DNA of 63,474 nt, filler included, from Octopus bimaculoides (taxonomy: Eukaryota), in NCBI RefSeq assembly GCF_001194135.2. It is 7 parts of 6 records of this genome, joined end to end, with 100 filler letters (N's around TTAATTAATTAA, not from the genome) between each part and the next. Parts side by side here need not be neighbours in the genome. Positions count along the whole stretch, not along the records: positions 12,483 to 16,365 come from NC_068997.1; positions 16,466 to 22,086 come from NC_068997.1; positions 22,187 to 52,596 come from NC_069000.1; 4 more parts are not named here. One strand, 5' to 3'. A program made the translations under genes and the position numbers. This document shows positions 14,033 through 27,849 of this stretch, piece after piece. Numbering within the stretch: position 1 is the first letter of the stretch; every line of letters begins with the position of its first letter. The notes below the pieces were generated by a model, which was not told where the DNA came from, did not search any database, and saw only the letters and a program-made list of their open reading frames with translations.

Positions 14033-15359
14033 TGATTTTGATCAACTATAAACAATACTGACATTTTTCATATCTCTTCATCGAAGTTGATGTAGAAGAA
14101 ATTAATGCAGGGACAGAAGTTACGTTCAACTGAAATTCGACAAATGTAGAACTGAATCAATTGTGCCACATTGCAAATCTTTTTAAGACGAAGACATTTA
14201 GATTTCAGTTGTTGGTATTTAGCTTCAGTTGATAAATAGCTTATTATCGAAAATATTGTATTGATATCGAATGTATATTTTCCTTCCACATATTTTGGTG
14301 AAGTATTATTCTTGCGCATAATGCATTAAAATCTAAAACAAGAAATGCTTCAACAAGCGAGCTCTAGAAAATTGCTTATGTCTGCGTTGTCAAATTGTAT
14401 CGAAATAGGTGGTAGATTTGATTAAGCAATATTAGCTAAAAATACAAGCGTGGTTGATTCTTAAGTAAATATTAAAAAAAATATATCTATTCTTACAAAT
14501 AAATGCATGCGATAAATAATTGGCGTACAATTGAGCCAGAGTTAATATTAAAAGATTAAATAAAATATTGTTGATTATTAGAGTAGATTTCTTGAATTCA
14601 TTAACCACCATTTTAACAAGAATGATTTTTTTAAACTTTTAATTTTTGTTTGAGATGGAAAACTTTATTTTCTGCAGCTAACATGCAGCATTGACGTCTG
14701 ACAGTTATATATAGATAGATTCAGGGCACACTTTTAGAAGGTACAGTACCAAGAACATAACTGCGATTATTTCAGTTGAATGAATCTTAATAAAAACACT
14801 AAAAATGTTTGGAGCCATTAAGAGATTATAAAATTAAAAATAGCTTTTCACTATCGAATGTTTGGGTGGCCTATGTAATTCCACGAAGCAACAAGATTGT
14901 ACGAAAATAATGCAACACCTTAGGATTGTCTTACTTTAATAATTCTATCTAACTTTTATTTCATAACTATTTAAAATAACAATTGGAGCAAGATCATCAT
15001 CATCATCATCATCGTCGTCGTCGTCATTAGCAACAGCAGCTGTATCATATAATTAGCTGACATACACTAGTTCTATTTTAGTAATAGATCGAAGGAATAC
15101 ATAAAGTCACATTTTAAATGACAACAAAATAGACAAATTCATAATATACAAAATCCAATTTAGCAAATACATTTATGTTAACGAAAGAAAATCGCCAGAA
15201 AAAAATCTATCGTCTGCGCATAATAACTTGTAATAGAAATATATATTTATATTAAGGTAAAGGACAACATCAAAGTAGTTTTTATTAATGCAGATTTATA
15301 GTTTTTAGTAAGAAAGTATTGGATATTGAATAAGTAAATAAATTTATTGAATTTGTTCC

Positions 15360-15568
15360 TTTTATCTTTTACTTGTATAAGTCATTAACCCGCGGCCATG
15401 CTGGGGCACTGCCGTGAAGAATTTTAGTAGAATGAATCGACCTCAGTGCTTGTGTTTTAAAGCCTGGTACTTATTCTGTCGGACTCTTTTACCAAACCGC
15501 TAAGTTACGGAGGCGTAAACCCATCAACAACAGTTGTCAAGCGGTAGTGGGGTACAAATACTGACACA

Positions 15569-15609
<41 letters not shown>

Positions 15610-15791
15610 ACACACATACACCCCCCCACACAACAAACTTCTCTCAGTTTCCGTCTATCAAATCCACTCAAGGCTTTGGTCGGCCCGCTGCCATAGTAAA
15701 AGACACTTGCCCAAGGTGACACACAGTGGGACAGAACCTGGAACCATGTAGTTGGGAAGCAAGCTTCTTACCATACGCACATACTTGCGCC
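15360..15791 (-). mobile_element. SINE family A, full-length copy
   Basis: Colinear with 60164-60580, with an internal (CA)n. Confidence 0.85.
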
Positions 15792-15856
15792 TATCAGTGT
15801 GTCTCTCTGTGTATACATTTATATACGTATAGATATGCAGATGTAATATGGATGTA

Positions 15857-16365
15857 TCAGGTCATCCCGTAAGTTCTGTCCGATTTTACCTTTTTTAAAA
15901 TTGAATGAAATTTAATAGTATTTTAGAATGTCTAATAGAATTAAAAATTATTTTTATGCATTTGTGTACATTTAAACTAATTAAATATTATTTTACAGAA
16001 TAATAAAATTAAAATTTCTTTGATTAAAACCCTTTCTAATATGAAAGTATCCAAAGAACATTTGAGGCACATAATGCTTTATGGAAACTCTGCAGCCGAA
16101 GCGACTCGAAACATACATTCAGTTTATGGGAAAGAATGCTTGAATGAAAGAACTTGCAGAAGATGGTTTGCAAAATTTAGAGGTGGAGATTTCAGCCTTA
16201 AAGCTGAAGATCGAACAGGACGCCCAGTTGAGTTTGATGATAAGCTCCTTGAGGCATTACTTGAAGAAAATCCTGCATTATCAGTTGAAGAATTGGCAAT
16301 AAGGCTTAGTTCAAACCATACAACTATTCATCGTCATTTTCAACAACTTGGAAAGGTTGCTAAAC
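15857..16365 (+). mobile_element. Mariner transposon 5' end with N-terminal HTH transposase ORF, cut by a linker
   Basis: TA at 15855-56 followed by the TIR-like TCAGGTCATCCCGTAAGTTCTGTCCG. ORF 16020-16365 reads ...HIMLYGNSAAEATRNI...RRWFAKFRGGDFSL...GRP...HRHFQQLGK, a mariner/SETMAR-type HTH. Confidence 0.9.
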
Positions 16366-16465
16366 NNNNNNNNNNNNNNNNNNNNNNNNNNNNNNNNNNN
16401 NNNNNNNNNTTAATTAATTAANNNNNNNNNNNNNNNNNNNNNNNNNNNNNNNNNNNNNNNNNNNN
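16366..16465. other. Artificial scaffold linker
   Basis: 44N + TTAATTAATTAA (16410-16421) + 44N. Confidence 0.95.
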
Positions 16466-16649
16466 CATCATCATCATCATCATCACCACCACCATCATCA
16501 TCATCATCATCAACCACCACCACTACCTCTACCATCATTACCACCACCATCGCACCAGCACATTCCCTTCCTCCTCCTACTCCTACTCCTACTCCTCTTA
16601 CTGTTCTATGACTGCCCTCCCCACTCCCATCACCAGCATCACAATCGAC

Positions 16650-16699
<50 letters not shown>

Positions 16700-18446
16700 A
16701 CATTAACATCAAGACCGCCGACAGAAATGCCAATACACAGGCCACCACCAACGCCCTCTAGCAATAAGCGTAAGAACTAACTGCAACAGAATTACTACCT
16801 ACAGCGCCACCACCGTAACCGAACATCAACCCCAACAACAACAACAACAACAGCAACAACATAAGTGCGAACAACAGCCTCCATCTTCCCACCCACCCCC
16901 GACACCATCGCACACGTATTTACCAACATCACCCGCGCCACCACCACCATTTTTACTATAAGCATCATCATCGCCATAACCATTATGAAGACAGTCACCA
17001 ACGCCATCTACACCANNNNNNNNNNNNNNNNNNNNNNNNNNNNNNNNNNNNNNNNNNNNNNNNNNNNNNNNNNNNNNNNNNNNNNNNNNNNNNNNNNNNN
17101 NNNNNNNNNNNNNNNNNNNNNNNNNNNNNNNNNNNNNNNNNNNNNNNNNNNNNNNNNNNNNNNNNNNNNNNNNNNNNNNNNNNNNNNNNNNNNNNNNNNN
17201 NNNNNNNNNNNNNNNNNNNNNNNNNNNNNNNNNNNNNNNNNNNNNNNNNNNNNNNNNNNNNNNNNNNNNNNNNNNNNNNNNNNNNNNNNNNNNNNNNNNN
17301 NNNNNNNNNNNNNNNNNNNNNNNNNNNNNNNNNNNNNNNNNNNNNNNNNNNNNNNNNNNNNNNNNNNNNNNNNNNNNNNNNNNNNNNNNNNNNNNNNNNN
17401 NNNNNNNNNNNNNNNNNNNNNNNNNNNNNNNNNNNNNNNNNNNNNNNNNNNNNNNNNNNNNNNNNNNNNNNNNNNNNNNNNNNNNNNNNNNNNNNNNNNN
17501 NNNNNNNNNNNNNNNNNNNNNNNNNNNNNNNNNNNNNNNNNNNNNNNNNNNNNNNNNNNNNNNNNNNNNNNNNNNNNNNNNNNNNNNNNNNNNNNNNNNN
17601 NNNNNNNNNNNNNNNNNNNNNNNNNNNNNNNNNNNNNNNNNNNNNNNNNNNNNNNNNNNNNNNNNNNNNNNNNNNNNNNNNNNNNNNNNNNNNNNNNNNN
17701 NNNNNNNNNNNNNNNNNNNNNNNNNNNNNNNNNNNNNNNNNNNNNNNNNNNNNNNNNNNNNNNNNNNNNNNNNNNNNNNNNNNNNNNNNNNNNNNNNNNN
17801 NNNNNNNNNNNNNNNNNNNNNNNNNNNNNNNNNNNNNNNNNNNNNNNNNNNNNNNNNNNNNNNNNNNNNNNNNNNNNNNNNNNNNNNNNNNNNNNNNNNN
17901 NNNNNNNNNNNNNNNNNNNNNNNNNNNNNNNNNACCACCGCCACTACCACCACCACAACCGCAATCCGTTCCGATGCCGTCTCCGCTTTCTCTCCTAAGG
18001 ACGACAAAGTCATTGTCATTACTTGCTGCCATCAAACTTTACCTCCAAACCACCATCGCTGCAACCACTACAACTACTACAACCGCAACTACTACAACTA
18101 CTACAACTACTACAACCACTGCCGCCTCTACTTCCATATCACAAGCTACGAAAAACCATCACAACACCGCCATCACTGGCAGCGGTAACCTCACAACACA
18201 GAGTATTGTGAGACAGCTTTACCATCGACCTCACCAACACCAGCTCCGCCAAAACCATTCTCCCCACCAGCGCCAACACAACCACTACCACCACCATCAT
18301 AATCCCCATCACCACCATCATCATCACCATCATCATCATCAGCGGCAGCAGCATCGCAACCACCACATCATTATAATCACCACGAACACAGTCACTAACA
18401 CCACCACCACCACCACTACCACCCAGGGCCGCCACCACCATCACCA
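16466..18446. repeat. Low-complexity (CAC/CAT/ACT/AAC)n trinucleotide mosaic with an internal N gap
   Basis: Directly visible; source of the His/Thr-rich spurious ORFs. Confidence 0.9.
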
Positions 18447-18933
18447 NNNNNNNNNNNNNNNNNNNNNNNNNNNNNNNNNNNNNNNNNNNNNNNNNNNNNN
18501 NNNNNNNNNNNNNNNNNNNNNNNNNNNNNNNNNNNNNNNNNNNNNNATATATATATACATATATATACATATATATATACATATATATATATGCATGTAT
18601 GTAGGCGTAGGTATGCACATACCTGTACGTATATATGCATATACTCATTTATTTTACATATATATATATATATATATAGTTCAAATTTGTAGAAAAACGC
18701 AAGTTGAAGACAGGTGTATTAACACATACATCCGCATATACATACATACCTTTATGCATACGCAGATATACACACAGTCATTCATGTGCTATAGAAGTTT
18801 CGTTTCCTAATTTGACGGTCTCTAGTCCAGTCTCACTGTGCATGATGTCGTCAATGTTCTACTATACCCTGGGACATACCAATCGCTTGTAATTATCTTC
18901 GTTCAGAGAAAAGTCACAAAAGATCTATTTAGT

Positions 18934-18988
<55 letters not shown>

Positions 18989-19834
18989 GTAGAGGCACTT
19001 CGGACACGCGCGTCGATGGATCTGTGTAGCTATTCGTCCATTTTTGTTTCACAATTTGATATTGGTGGGTGTTTGTTTAATTACGTCCCTGTAAATGAGT
19101 GAAGATGAAATATGAATATATGATTTGTTAATATATATATATATATATATGGGAGAATATACAAAAAATAACAACAGACGAGGACAGGTGGTGTAAATAA
19201 CAAAAGTATATATTAGTATGACGCTCGGGAATACGGAAAGTCTTTGACNNNNNNNNNNNNNNNNNNNNNNNNNNNNNNNNNNNNNNNNNNNNNNNNNNNN
19301 NNNNNNNNNNNNNNNNNNNNNNNNNNNNNNNNNNNNNNNNNNNNNNNNNNNNNNNNNNNNNNNNNNNNNNNNNNNNNNNNNNNNNNNNNNNNNNNNNNNN
19401 NNNNNNNNNNNNNNNNNNNNNNNNNNNNNNNNNNNNNNNNNNNNNNNNNNNNNNNNNNNNNNNNNNNNNNNNNNNNNNNNNNNNNNNNNNNNNNNNNNNN
19501 NNNNNNNNNNNNNNNNNNNNNNNNNNNNNNNNNNNNNNNNNNNNNNNNNNNNNNNNNNNNNNNNNNNNNNNNNNNNNNNNNNNNNNNNNNNNNNNNNNNN
19601 NNNNNNNNNNNNNNNNNNNNNNNNNNNNNNNNNNNNNNNNNNNNNNNNNNNNNNNNNNNNNNNNNNNNNNNNNNNNNNNNNNNNNNNNNNNNNNNNNNNN
19701 NNNNNNNNNNNNNNNNNNNNNNNNNNNNNNNNNNNNNNNNNNNNNNNNNNNNNNNNNNNNNNNNNNNNNNNNNNNNNNNNNNNNNNNNNNNNNNNNNNNN
19801 NNNNNNNNNNNNNNNNNNNNNNNNNNNNNNNNNN

Positions 19835-19866
<32 letters not shown>

Positions 19867-19989
19867 GGCAAATGAAAGACAGAAGTTGAAACATGCGTGT
19901 GTGTGTGTGTGTGCGTGATAAGACTGTAACATGCGGTTATGCCGAGAAGGTTCGAACTCTTTCCTATGTGCCCTCAAACAGACTGTAAT

Positions 19990-21000
19990 CAGAATACATG
20001 GCCACTGGGTGGAATCACAGTCGACGGGGGACCTGGAATCTGCATGAGTAATCCAGCGTCCATCATTCCATGTGCTTATTACAAAGATGACAATTGTTTG
20101 CAGCCTGTTAGATTCTGAGATTCAATTAGACCCATTTAAAAAGTAATCCCGTGCTAATCCTACAGAAAGCATTCATTCTCAGTCGCCTAGATTACTCGTC
20201 CCAAGTGTGGTCGCCGAAAAGTGTCAAGCAAATGACGGACTCATGGCAATTTGATGTCACTACTTAAAGATTATTGAATCGGTGCAACAAGTGGGCGACT
20301 CGGAAAGGTTGAAACAGTGGTTCCCTACCAAGGTCTATATGACCGCTGAGTGTCCATATAAGGCTGTTTTTGAGGTGGGGGACGGTCCACCCAACAGAAT
20401 AGTGAATTCGGGATCCAAAATAGTATTTCAAGGGACCGTGAAAAATTTTCGCATTCGATGTATGTATTGGTAAGTATTGCAAGAAAGGGCTTGGCTTCTT
20501 TCTCTAACATTTTACACAGTTCAATCCCCATAAGATAATGTGTGAGAAACATAATAATAATGTTGAAAGAAGTTTTTATAAAACAAACTTTGTAAATATC
20601 TAGGTGATCCAGCAGAATATGATAGTAATCAAAGGGGTTCATAGATAAAAGGAAAAAAGGTTGAGAACCTTTGGGTTAAAAGAACCGAAGCATTACATCC
20701 TCGAGAAAGAAATCGCGAGAATATGCAGTTATATATATATATATAGAGAAATTATTGTATGGTCTCGCACGCAACTTCGGGATTTCAAGCTATAAAAACG
20801 CGTGAAATGGACGCCATTGCAAAATACCTAAGATCTAAAACCTGCATCAAGAATAAGAATCAAGCATTGTCATCATTTTGATTTCAAGGTCACGCAGTAT
20901 TCCACACTCTACTGTAAAAATCCCAGAGATCTGAGAAGAATAGATGAGGATGTTTTTAAGAATATTTAGAGACATTTTTGATAGCGAAGTCATAAGCCAA
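19990..21000 (+). mobile_element. CR1-like LINE 3' fragment, split by a hAT MITE
   Basis: LILQKAFILSRLDYSSQVWSP before the MITE; ...REYAVIYI... and GRHC-like segments after it. Confidence 0.7.
20315..20673. mobile_element. hAT-type MITE inserted in a CR1-like LINE
   Basis: Imperfect TIRs CAGTGGTTCCCTACC / GGTTGAGAACCTTTG. 8-bp TSD GGTTGAAA / GGTTAAAA (7/8 match). Confidence 0.75.
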
Positions 21001-21530
21001 ACTTACATGACGACAGGAAATAGAAAGAGCAACACGATCCGACTCATTAACTAGCCAGAGTTCTAGAGAAAGGCCCGAAAATTGAATGTCAAATAAAATC
21101 CAATCACACACAAGGCAGTTCATCAACATGGCTGTGGCTGATATCAGCATGCATACAGATATATATATGAATGTATATATGTATATACATATATATATAT
21201 NNNNNNNNNNNNNNNNNNNNNNNNNNNNNNNNNNNNNNNNNNNNNNNNNNNNNNNNNNNNNNNNNNNNNNNNNNNNNNNNNNNNNNNNNNNNNNNNNNNN
21301 NNNNNNNNNNNNNNNNNNNNNNNNNNNNNNNNNNNNNNNNNNNNNNNNNNNNNNNNNNNNNNNNNNNNNNNNNNNNNNNNNNNNNNNNNNNNNNNNNNNN
21401 NNNNNNNNNNNNNNNNNNNNNNNNNNNNNNNNNNNNNNNNNNNNNNNNNNNNNNNNNNNNNNNNNNNNNNNNNNNNNNNNNNNNNNNNNNNNNNNNNNNN
21501 NNNNNNNNNNNNNNNNNNNNNNNNNNNNNN

Positions 21531-21581
<51 letters not shown>

Positions 21582-21923
21582 TTAATGAATATAGGTATAA
21601 GCATATATATATACACACAAACAAAATTGTTTCTATATAGTTAAGTGGACACATACACATAGACACATACATAAACACACAAACACGCATACACCTATTT
21701 ATATGTAAGTTTGTGTGTCTGTATATAGTAAAGCATGTACGAGTTACAATCCTAAAAGCGACTAATGCATAACGAGAGACCATGTTTCAATACTGCAACC
21801 CTTAATGCAATAGGCGTGTATAGACATATGCCCTACAGTCAACAGTCCCTGTCTTCTCTAACTTTCCAATTTCTTTTTCTCTCTCACTTACAATTTCTCG
21901 CTTTCTATTGCTATCTCCCTCCT

Positions 21924-21960
<37 letters not shown>

Positions 21961-22086
21961 ACTTTTGTTTTTACAATCTACACTATGTTGTTATCATATG
22001 TGTATGCACTAGAAAACCGATAACGTTGGTGTTTTCACATACATATATACAAACACAAGCGTGCAGAGTTCAAAATTATCACACAC

Positions 22087-22186
22087 NNNNNNNNNNNNNN
22101 NNNNNNNNNNNNNNNNNNNNNNNNNNNNNNTTAATTAATTAANNNNNNNNNNNNNNNNNNNNNNNNNNNNNNNNNNNNNNNNNNNN
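22087..22186. other. Artificial scaffold linker
   Basis: Core at 22131-22142; interrupts the ABCC intron after the last exon found. Confidence 0.95.
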
Positions 22187-22267
22187 CCAATAAAAGGAGG
22201 ACAGTTCCAAGCCGGCATGGGTTGGTTGGTTTCACAGGATGCTTGAATTATGAAAAAGAAAACTTAC

Positions 22268-22340
22268 TCCTTCAAGATGAAACTGTCTTCATTCTCTACA
22301 TTCCAAGAAAATGTTCCATCTTTCACAGCAATAGCAAAAT
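22268..22340 (-). CDS. ABCC1: ABCC1-like exon at the start of NBD1 (DFAIAVKDGTFSWNVENEDSFILK)
   Basis: 73 nt, ccacag/GTAAGT, phase 1/2. IxVxxGTFSW motif preceding Walker A. Last exon found before the linker at 22087-22186. Confidence 0.92.
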
Positions 22341-23803
22341 CTGTGGCAAATATACATAAATAGAGAATGGTAATTAACTTTTGGGAGTAAACAGTCCCCC
22401 ATATAGTGTTTGGATTATTTAATTCTAAATGTAATAATGCTACAACTGCTGTGAAAGAGGGTGTGAAGGGATCAGAATTATAGATGTGTGGTGTAAGATT
22501 TTGATACTTAGTAATATATTGAATACTCTTACAAAACAAAACCAGAATGGTGTCCTTTCTGTAGTAACAAGATACGTTATCTGTTCAGTAGTCTATCTTG
22601 TAAGTATTCTGTGGATAAGGGTTTTATCCCAGATCTTGCTGTCAACCTACAGCCACATAGTTAATGTAGGTCCCTTTAACCATGCCAATTTGCCACTCTC
22701 TCACCTTTTATAAAATTTATAGGGGGTACTTATCATGTATTAGAAACCTCTGATATCTGTTCTGGGTGGTTAAGCCTAAAGTAACTATCTTGTGGTAACT
22801 GTTTCATGATATCTCTTTGGTAACTAATCTGCAGTATATATTCTGTCCTTACTATTCCATGGTATGCACCCTGCAGTAGCTAACTGGTGGTAGCTACACT
22901 GTAGTAACTATTCTGTGATAACTACTCTGTGGGATCTATCTTACGACAGCTTTTCTTGTACTAACTAGTCTATGATTGCTATCCTGGGGTAACCAAGCTA
23001 TCATAACCTGCTTGTGGTGTTTATGCCATGGTAAGTATTCTGTGTTAATATGTGATATCTATCTTACAGGTGCTATTCCAAGGTAAGTACCCCATGGTAT
23101 CTATCCTATGGTAACTATTCCATAACTGTTCTGTGCTAACTATTTTGTTGTAACTACTTATGGGTCCATAAGAATTTAAAAAAAACATCATGACATAAAA
23201 AACAAAATGAATTTATATAGGATCTGAACTTAGTAAGTAACCAAACAATACAAGGTATTTTGTGTGATATTTTTTTAAATTCTGCTATTTACTCACCAGA
23301 GAGATTCTTCTCTCTCCTCACTGAACAAGTTCTGTTATCTACCAACTAGATTGATTCTATCTTCTATCCACAATACTGACTCCACCAAATACCCACCATA
23401 TAGATGTGCCATCAGCACACTTCACTGATCTGCCATCAACCTGTATTGCCAATAATGTTATCTTCCTACCATATGATATTGTCATTTAACCACCATAGTG
23501 GAACAAATATCATTCCCAATAATAACAAAGAGATAACAAATTAAAAGTAATTTCAAGGTTGATTCCCTTGCATTTTTTTGATCAGAATTAATCACTAAAA
23601 TAACAGTTTTTTTTACTTCTCACTATGGATAAAATCTTAATTAATTGAAATGTACTGTTTCCTATATTACATATATTAGCACCAATTTTGCTAATTAATC
23701 AATTATTTAAGTAAGTAAATATAAAACAAACATAACAACAAAATGACAGAAAATGTGCAGAAGTAGACATACACACAGAGAAATAATAGGTAATTAATCT
23801 TAC

Positions 23804-23888
23804 CACTTCTTGTTACATATTTCACATAATCTGAAGACAAGTCAGGACTGTTCAAACATATGTTAAGTCGTTTCATTGCTACAGTGAG
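23804..23888 (-). CDS. ABCC1: ABCC1-like exon (LTVAMKRLNICLNSPDL...VTRS)
   Basis: 85 nt, ttctag/GTAAGA, phase 0/1. VSxKRLxxFL-like motif after TM11. Confidence 0.88.
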
Positions 23889-24036
23889 CTAGAAATGGGT
23901 ATAAAAAAATAATATGGAAAGTTTTGAATATGTTATTCACAGCAGTTTTCATCTGACAAATGTAAACATCCTCTCTTTGCACCTTACTTATAACTCAGAT
24001 ACCATACACCTGAAATTTCAGCAGTATCCAACTTAT

Positions 24037-24190
24037 GGTGTCAGAAATAGGGCTGCGTGTTTAAGAAGTTCACTTTCCAACCACATGGTTTCAAGATCAG
24101 TCCCACTGAGTGGCACCTTGCACTGATCTCTTTTATTATAGCCCTGGGTCAACCAAAGCCTTGTGAATGCATTTGAAAGAAGCCTGTTGT
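24037..24190 (+). mobile_element. SINE family A, 5' part, diverged; similar partial copies at about 24340-24400, 25500-25605, 35880-35960 and 43345-43500
   Basis: CCAACCACATGG...CAGTCCCACTG...GGCACCTTG...CAAAGCCTTGTGA family signature. Confidence 0.7.
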
Positions 24191-25230
24191 ATGTGTTTGT
24201 GCGCACGTGCACACACACATTTGCATACATATATATCAGTATGTGTTTGTGTGTTCTTGTTCTGACATTACATGATTGTTGTAAAACAAGTACCATGGCC
24301 AGAGAAGCTATGGTGCTCCTTTCCAATCTTCTATGATTAGCCCAGGCTGACCAAAGCCTTTTGAGTGGATTTGGTAGATGGAAACTGAAAGAAGCCTGTC
24401 ATATATATGTAATATATGTGTGTGTGCGTGTTTCTGTCTCTTTGTTTTGATATCACTTGGTAGTTATAAATGAGTGTTACTGTCATAGATGCATGGTCAT
24501 TCATTTCCAGTATTTTGTGACAAACATATCTGGCCATGAAGAAACATTACCTTGCTTGTAAACAGGTGGCAGGAAGGGCTTCTGGTCATAGAAAATCTGT
24601 CTCAGTGAATTCTATGCAATCCATGCAAGTATGGAAAAGTAAGTAATAAAAGAGTGATGATGATGATGATGAACAACTTAACAACTTCCATCATCATCAC
24701 CATAGGGAACCTCTACATGTTTGCTTGACCTACAAGAAACAGTAGTGAAATCCCCTGCAAAATTGCACTTCAACCGGCTTAAAAATGGATGCATTTGATA
24801 TAGTCTAAGGTCCACTGCACATGTGAACAAGATTGTCATGGTTAGAATGTCTCCTCAAACAGGCTGACCTGAAGCTAAATAACAATAAGTGGCTGTTGCC
24901 ATAATGAACAGCACCATTACTACCGTCACCACCATCACCATCACCAGAAATGCAACAATCATTAACATTTCCACCACTTACAGCCTGTGAGTGGTCCCTT
25001 GCCCACCTAGATATAGTAAGCAAAATGTTTCAAATAATATCCCTTCTAGTTTGGTTGCAAAGAGGGATACATTGGGCAATGAAGTCTCTGATATGCAAGA
25101 AGAAAGGGCGAGTCAGAGCTGGAGCACCTTTGACCATGGGCCTGTTCAATTTAGGGATTACCTGAGGCTAAACAACAACTTCCACTCTATCATCACTTAC
25201 AGTTAGCTGAAAGTCTCGTACTGAACTCAC

Positions 25231-25377
25231 CTGCATTGTCTGTGACATAAACAATGGAACCAATTCTATCGGAGCACGAAGTATGTTAAACAAAGAAAGT
25301 GAAACAAAAGCCTTCTGTGCAGTAAGAGGGTGACTGGTAGAGGATAGAGTGTATGTTGCAAAAGTGACAAAGGTAAC
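25231..25377 (-). CDS. ABCC1: ABCC1-like exon, TM10-11 (VTFVTFATY...AFVSLSLFNILRAPIELVP...TMQ)
   Basis: 147 nt, tttcag/GTGAGT, phase 0/0. AFVSLxLFNILR signature. Confidence 0.96.
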
Positions 25378-25601
25378 CTGAAAGAAAATCAATCAGAAAT
25401 AAATTCCACAACATTCAAGCATTACAAAAAAAGTAAAACAAAAACACATCATCTTCTAATCAATGACTTCGTTTTCAAACTGAGAGGTAAACATTCAACC
25501 TGCAGCAAATGTTTATTACTGAGCAGGTGTCTTCATCTATCACCCTGGGCTGATCAAAGCCTTGTGAGTGGATTCTGTACACAGAAACTAAAAGAAGCCC
25601 A

Positions 25602-25644
<43 letters not shown>

Positions 25645-26595
25645 TATATTTGTGTTTGTCCCCTACCACTTGATATTTTTTGTCCTTTTTCTTTTTTTCT
25701 CTCTTTCTTCCTCTCATTTTCTCTTCCTGTCTTCATTTTGACCTATCTCCTCGTTCTAATCATACACATCTCTCCCTACCCCATCTAGCCACAAATACTA
25801 CCAATACACTCTCAAGTTTTCATTCACACCACAAACCCCTTTGAATGAGCATCAGAGAATCCATGGCTGCATACTTTGAAATGACTAAACACGAACTATC
25901 ATTGGAGCTTACATACCATGTACAGGAAACTTTTTTACCACTTCCATACACCAATTTACTTGAATAATGGAACTGCAACTACAATGTTTCATATTTTATT
26001 TTATTTCTACTTTCATTCTCTTATTTCCCTCTATATTCCCTATCTCCTCTTTTTCCATAATAATTCCTGATTTCAGACTCAAACATTTACCTCTATTTAA
26101 CCATCTCACATTGTCTCTGATGAAGGGATATCCATAATATCCCAGAAACAGCTGTAAGACTATATCTATATCTCTTTCATTATAAATGTCCTGAAAACTC
26201 CTCACAGACTTGGCTTTGTTATCTCTTTTTGTCTAATATATATATATATATATATATGTATATACACAAATGTGTTTGTGGGTTTTAGATTAGAGAAATG
26301 AATACTTAAATCATATAGCAGAATTTATGTATTCATTTACAGGTGACAAAGTACAAGAATAAATGCATACATGAAGGGACCTCAGTGTTGCAATGAAAAG
26401 AAAAATCAACTTCAAATAAATGAATGGACACATAAATATACAGACATAATGGTAAATGTATGTAAGAAACTTTTGCTAAAAGGAAACTAATTTAAAACCA
26501 TGCTTAATTTTCAAGATCAGACTTTGGGAACTGATCAGTTGTTGATAACTCTAGCTCTGAAAGAGGTTTAAACATTTTAAGCATTTGTTTCTTAC

Positions 26596-26733
26596 CATAA
26601 ATGGAGTTATTGTACTTAAAAATGTACTGATAGATGTAACATATGCTGCTTTACGAAGCAGTGATATTTCTTTATTTCGTATCTCATTGATTTTCTTTTG
26701 AAGTGACTCTTCCCAGGCATACAATTTGATTAC
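26596..26733 (-). CDS. ABCC1: ABCC1-like exon, TMD1 (VIKLYAWEESLQKKINEIRNKE...TITPFM)
   Basis: 138 nt, ttttcag/GTAAGA, phase 0/0. KLYAWE signature. Confidence 0.96.
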
Positions 26734-27849
26734 CTGAAAAATAATAGAATAAAAGAAACAACCTAAACAATTAGAGAAATTGTTGTCAATAAGATTACAA
26801 CTTTTGGGGTTTTAAAACTCATCTATCAAACAACTTTGTCATTTTACATTCACTTTTCCATGATATCAGGCATTGGACAGATCATCCAAGTAAGTTTTTA
26901 TTTGGAGTTGCTGTCCTCCTAAATGTAGGAACATCTTGCTCATAACTTTCATTTTTGCAAAGGTTTCTATGGCTGGATGCCCTCCCTAAAGCCAACAACT
27001 TTATAGAATGTTTATCACAGCACAGTCACTACTGAAGACCCTTATGTATCCTTTTGTCTTTTTTGATTTGGTCAGACACCATAAAAGTCTCATCCCTGAC
27101 AAGATTAAAGAGAGTCTGCTCTTTCCAGCATTGTATTTGTTTATTCATTCTTTTCTTTTCTCATACAATTAGGTGCATAGAAAAGGATATTTACTTCTTC
27201 ACTTTGTTTTGATCAGTAGTATAAATATAAATGTTCACAAAAAATTGCAATTTTACAAAATTATTCCTACAATCAAAACACTGGAAAAGACAAAATATTT
27301 AATGATATTGTGACAAAGCAACAAGGATACTATTAGATAGTTGCTGGACTTATTAGAAATACTAGCCAAATTTCTTTCAAATTACATCCCAAGGTCATAA
27401 ACAAGTAAAGACATATCAGACATTGTAATCTTAAATGCTATTTTTGGATAAAAGACAGAGTGGTCATAAATGGAACTTTCTTAAGTTCAGGGTGGATATA
27501 CTGAACAAACTCTCATTAACTACATACTCTCCCCAACAAGAGATTAGTCTTGCATTTAGTAAAAAGCAATTAATGTTTGATCTGGTAAGAAATAAAGAAC
27601 AAAAGAAATCAAAACTAACCAACAAACAAGGGACCTCTACATGGTGACTCAATGTGCAAGAAGTAATAGCCAACTCTTACCTAAATCATACTTTACTGAC
27701 TAAAAAAAATAGTATAGAATAACATTAAAAAAAGGGAAGGAAAGCATTTGATCCTAAGTCTACGTAATCAATCAGGGTCTCACATTAAAGAACAACAATG
27801 AAAGTAAAAACCGGCCAAAAGTTTTTTAAAGATTAATGCAGTAACCAAC

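Noticed and set aside
16826-19977. Long ORFs in the track (up to 397 aa); also those at 20956-21783, 31386-32420 and 57588-58583
   Set aside because: They are open only because they run through N gaps and microsatellites.
24805-25165. ORFs between the TM11 exon and the next exon
   Set aside because: No homology; the exons at 25231 and 23888 join in frame without them.
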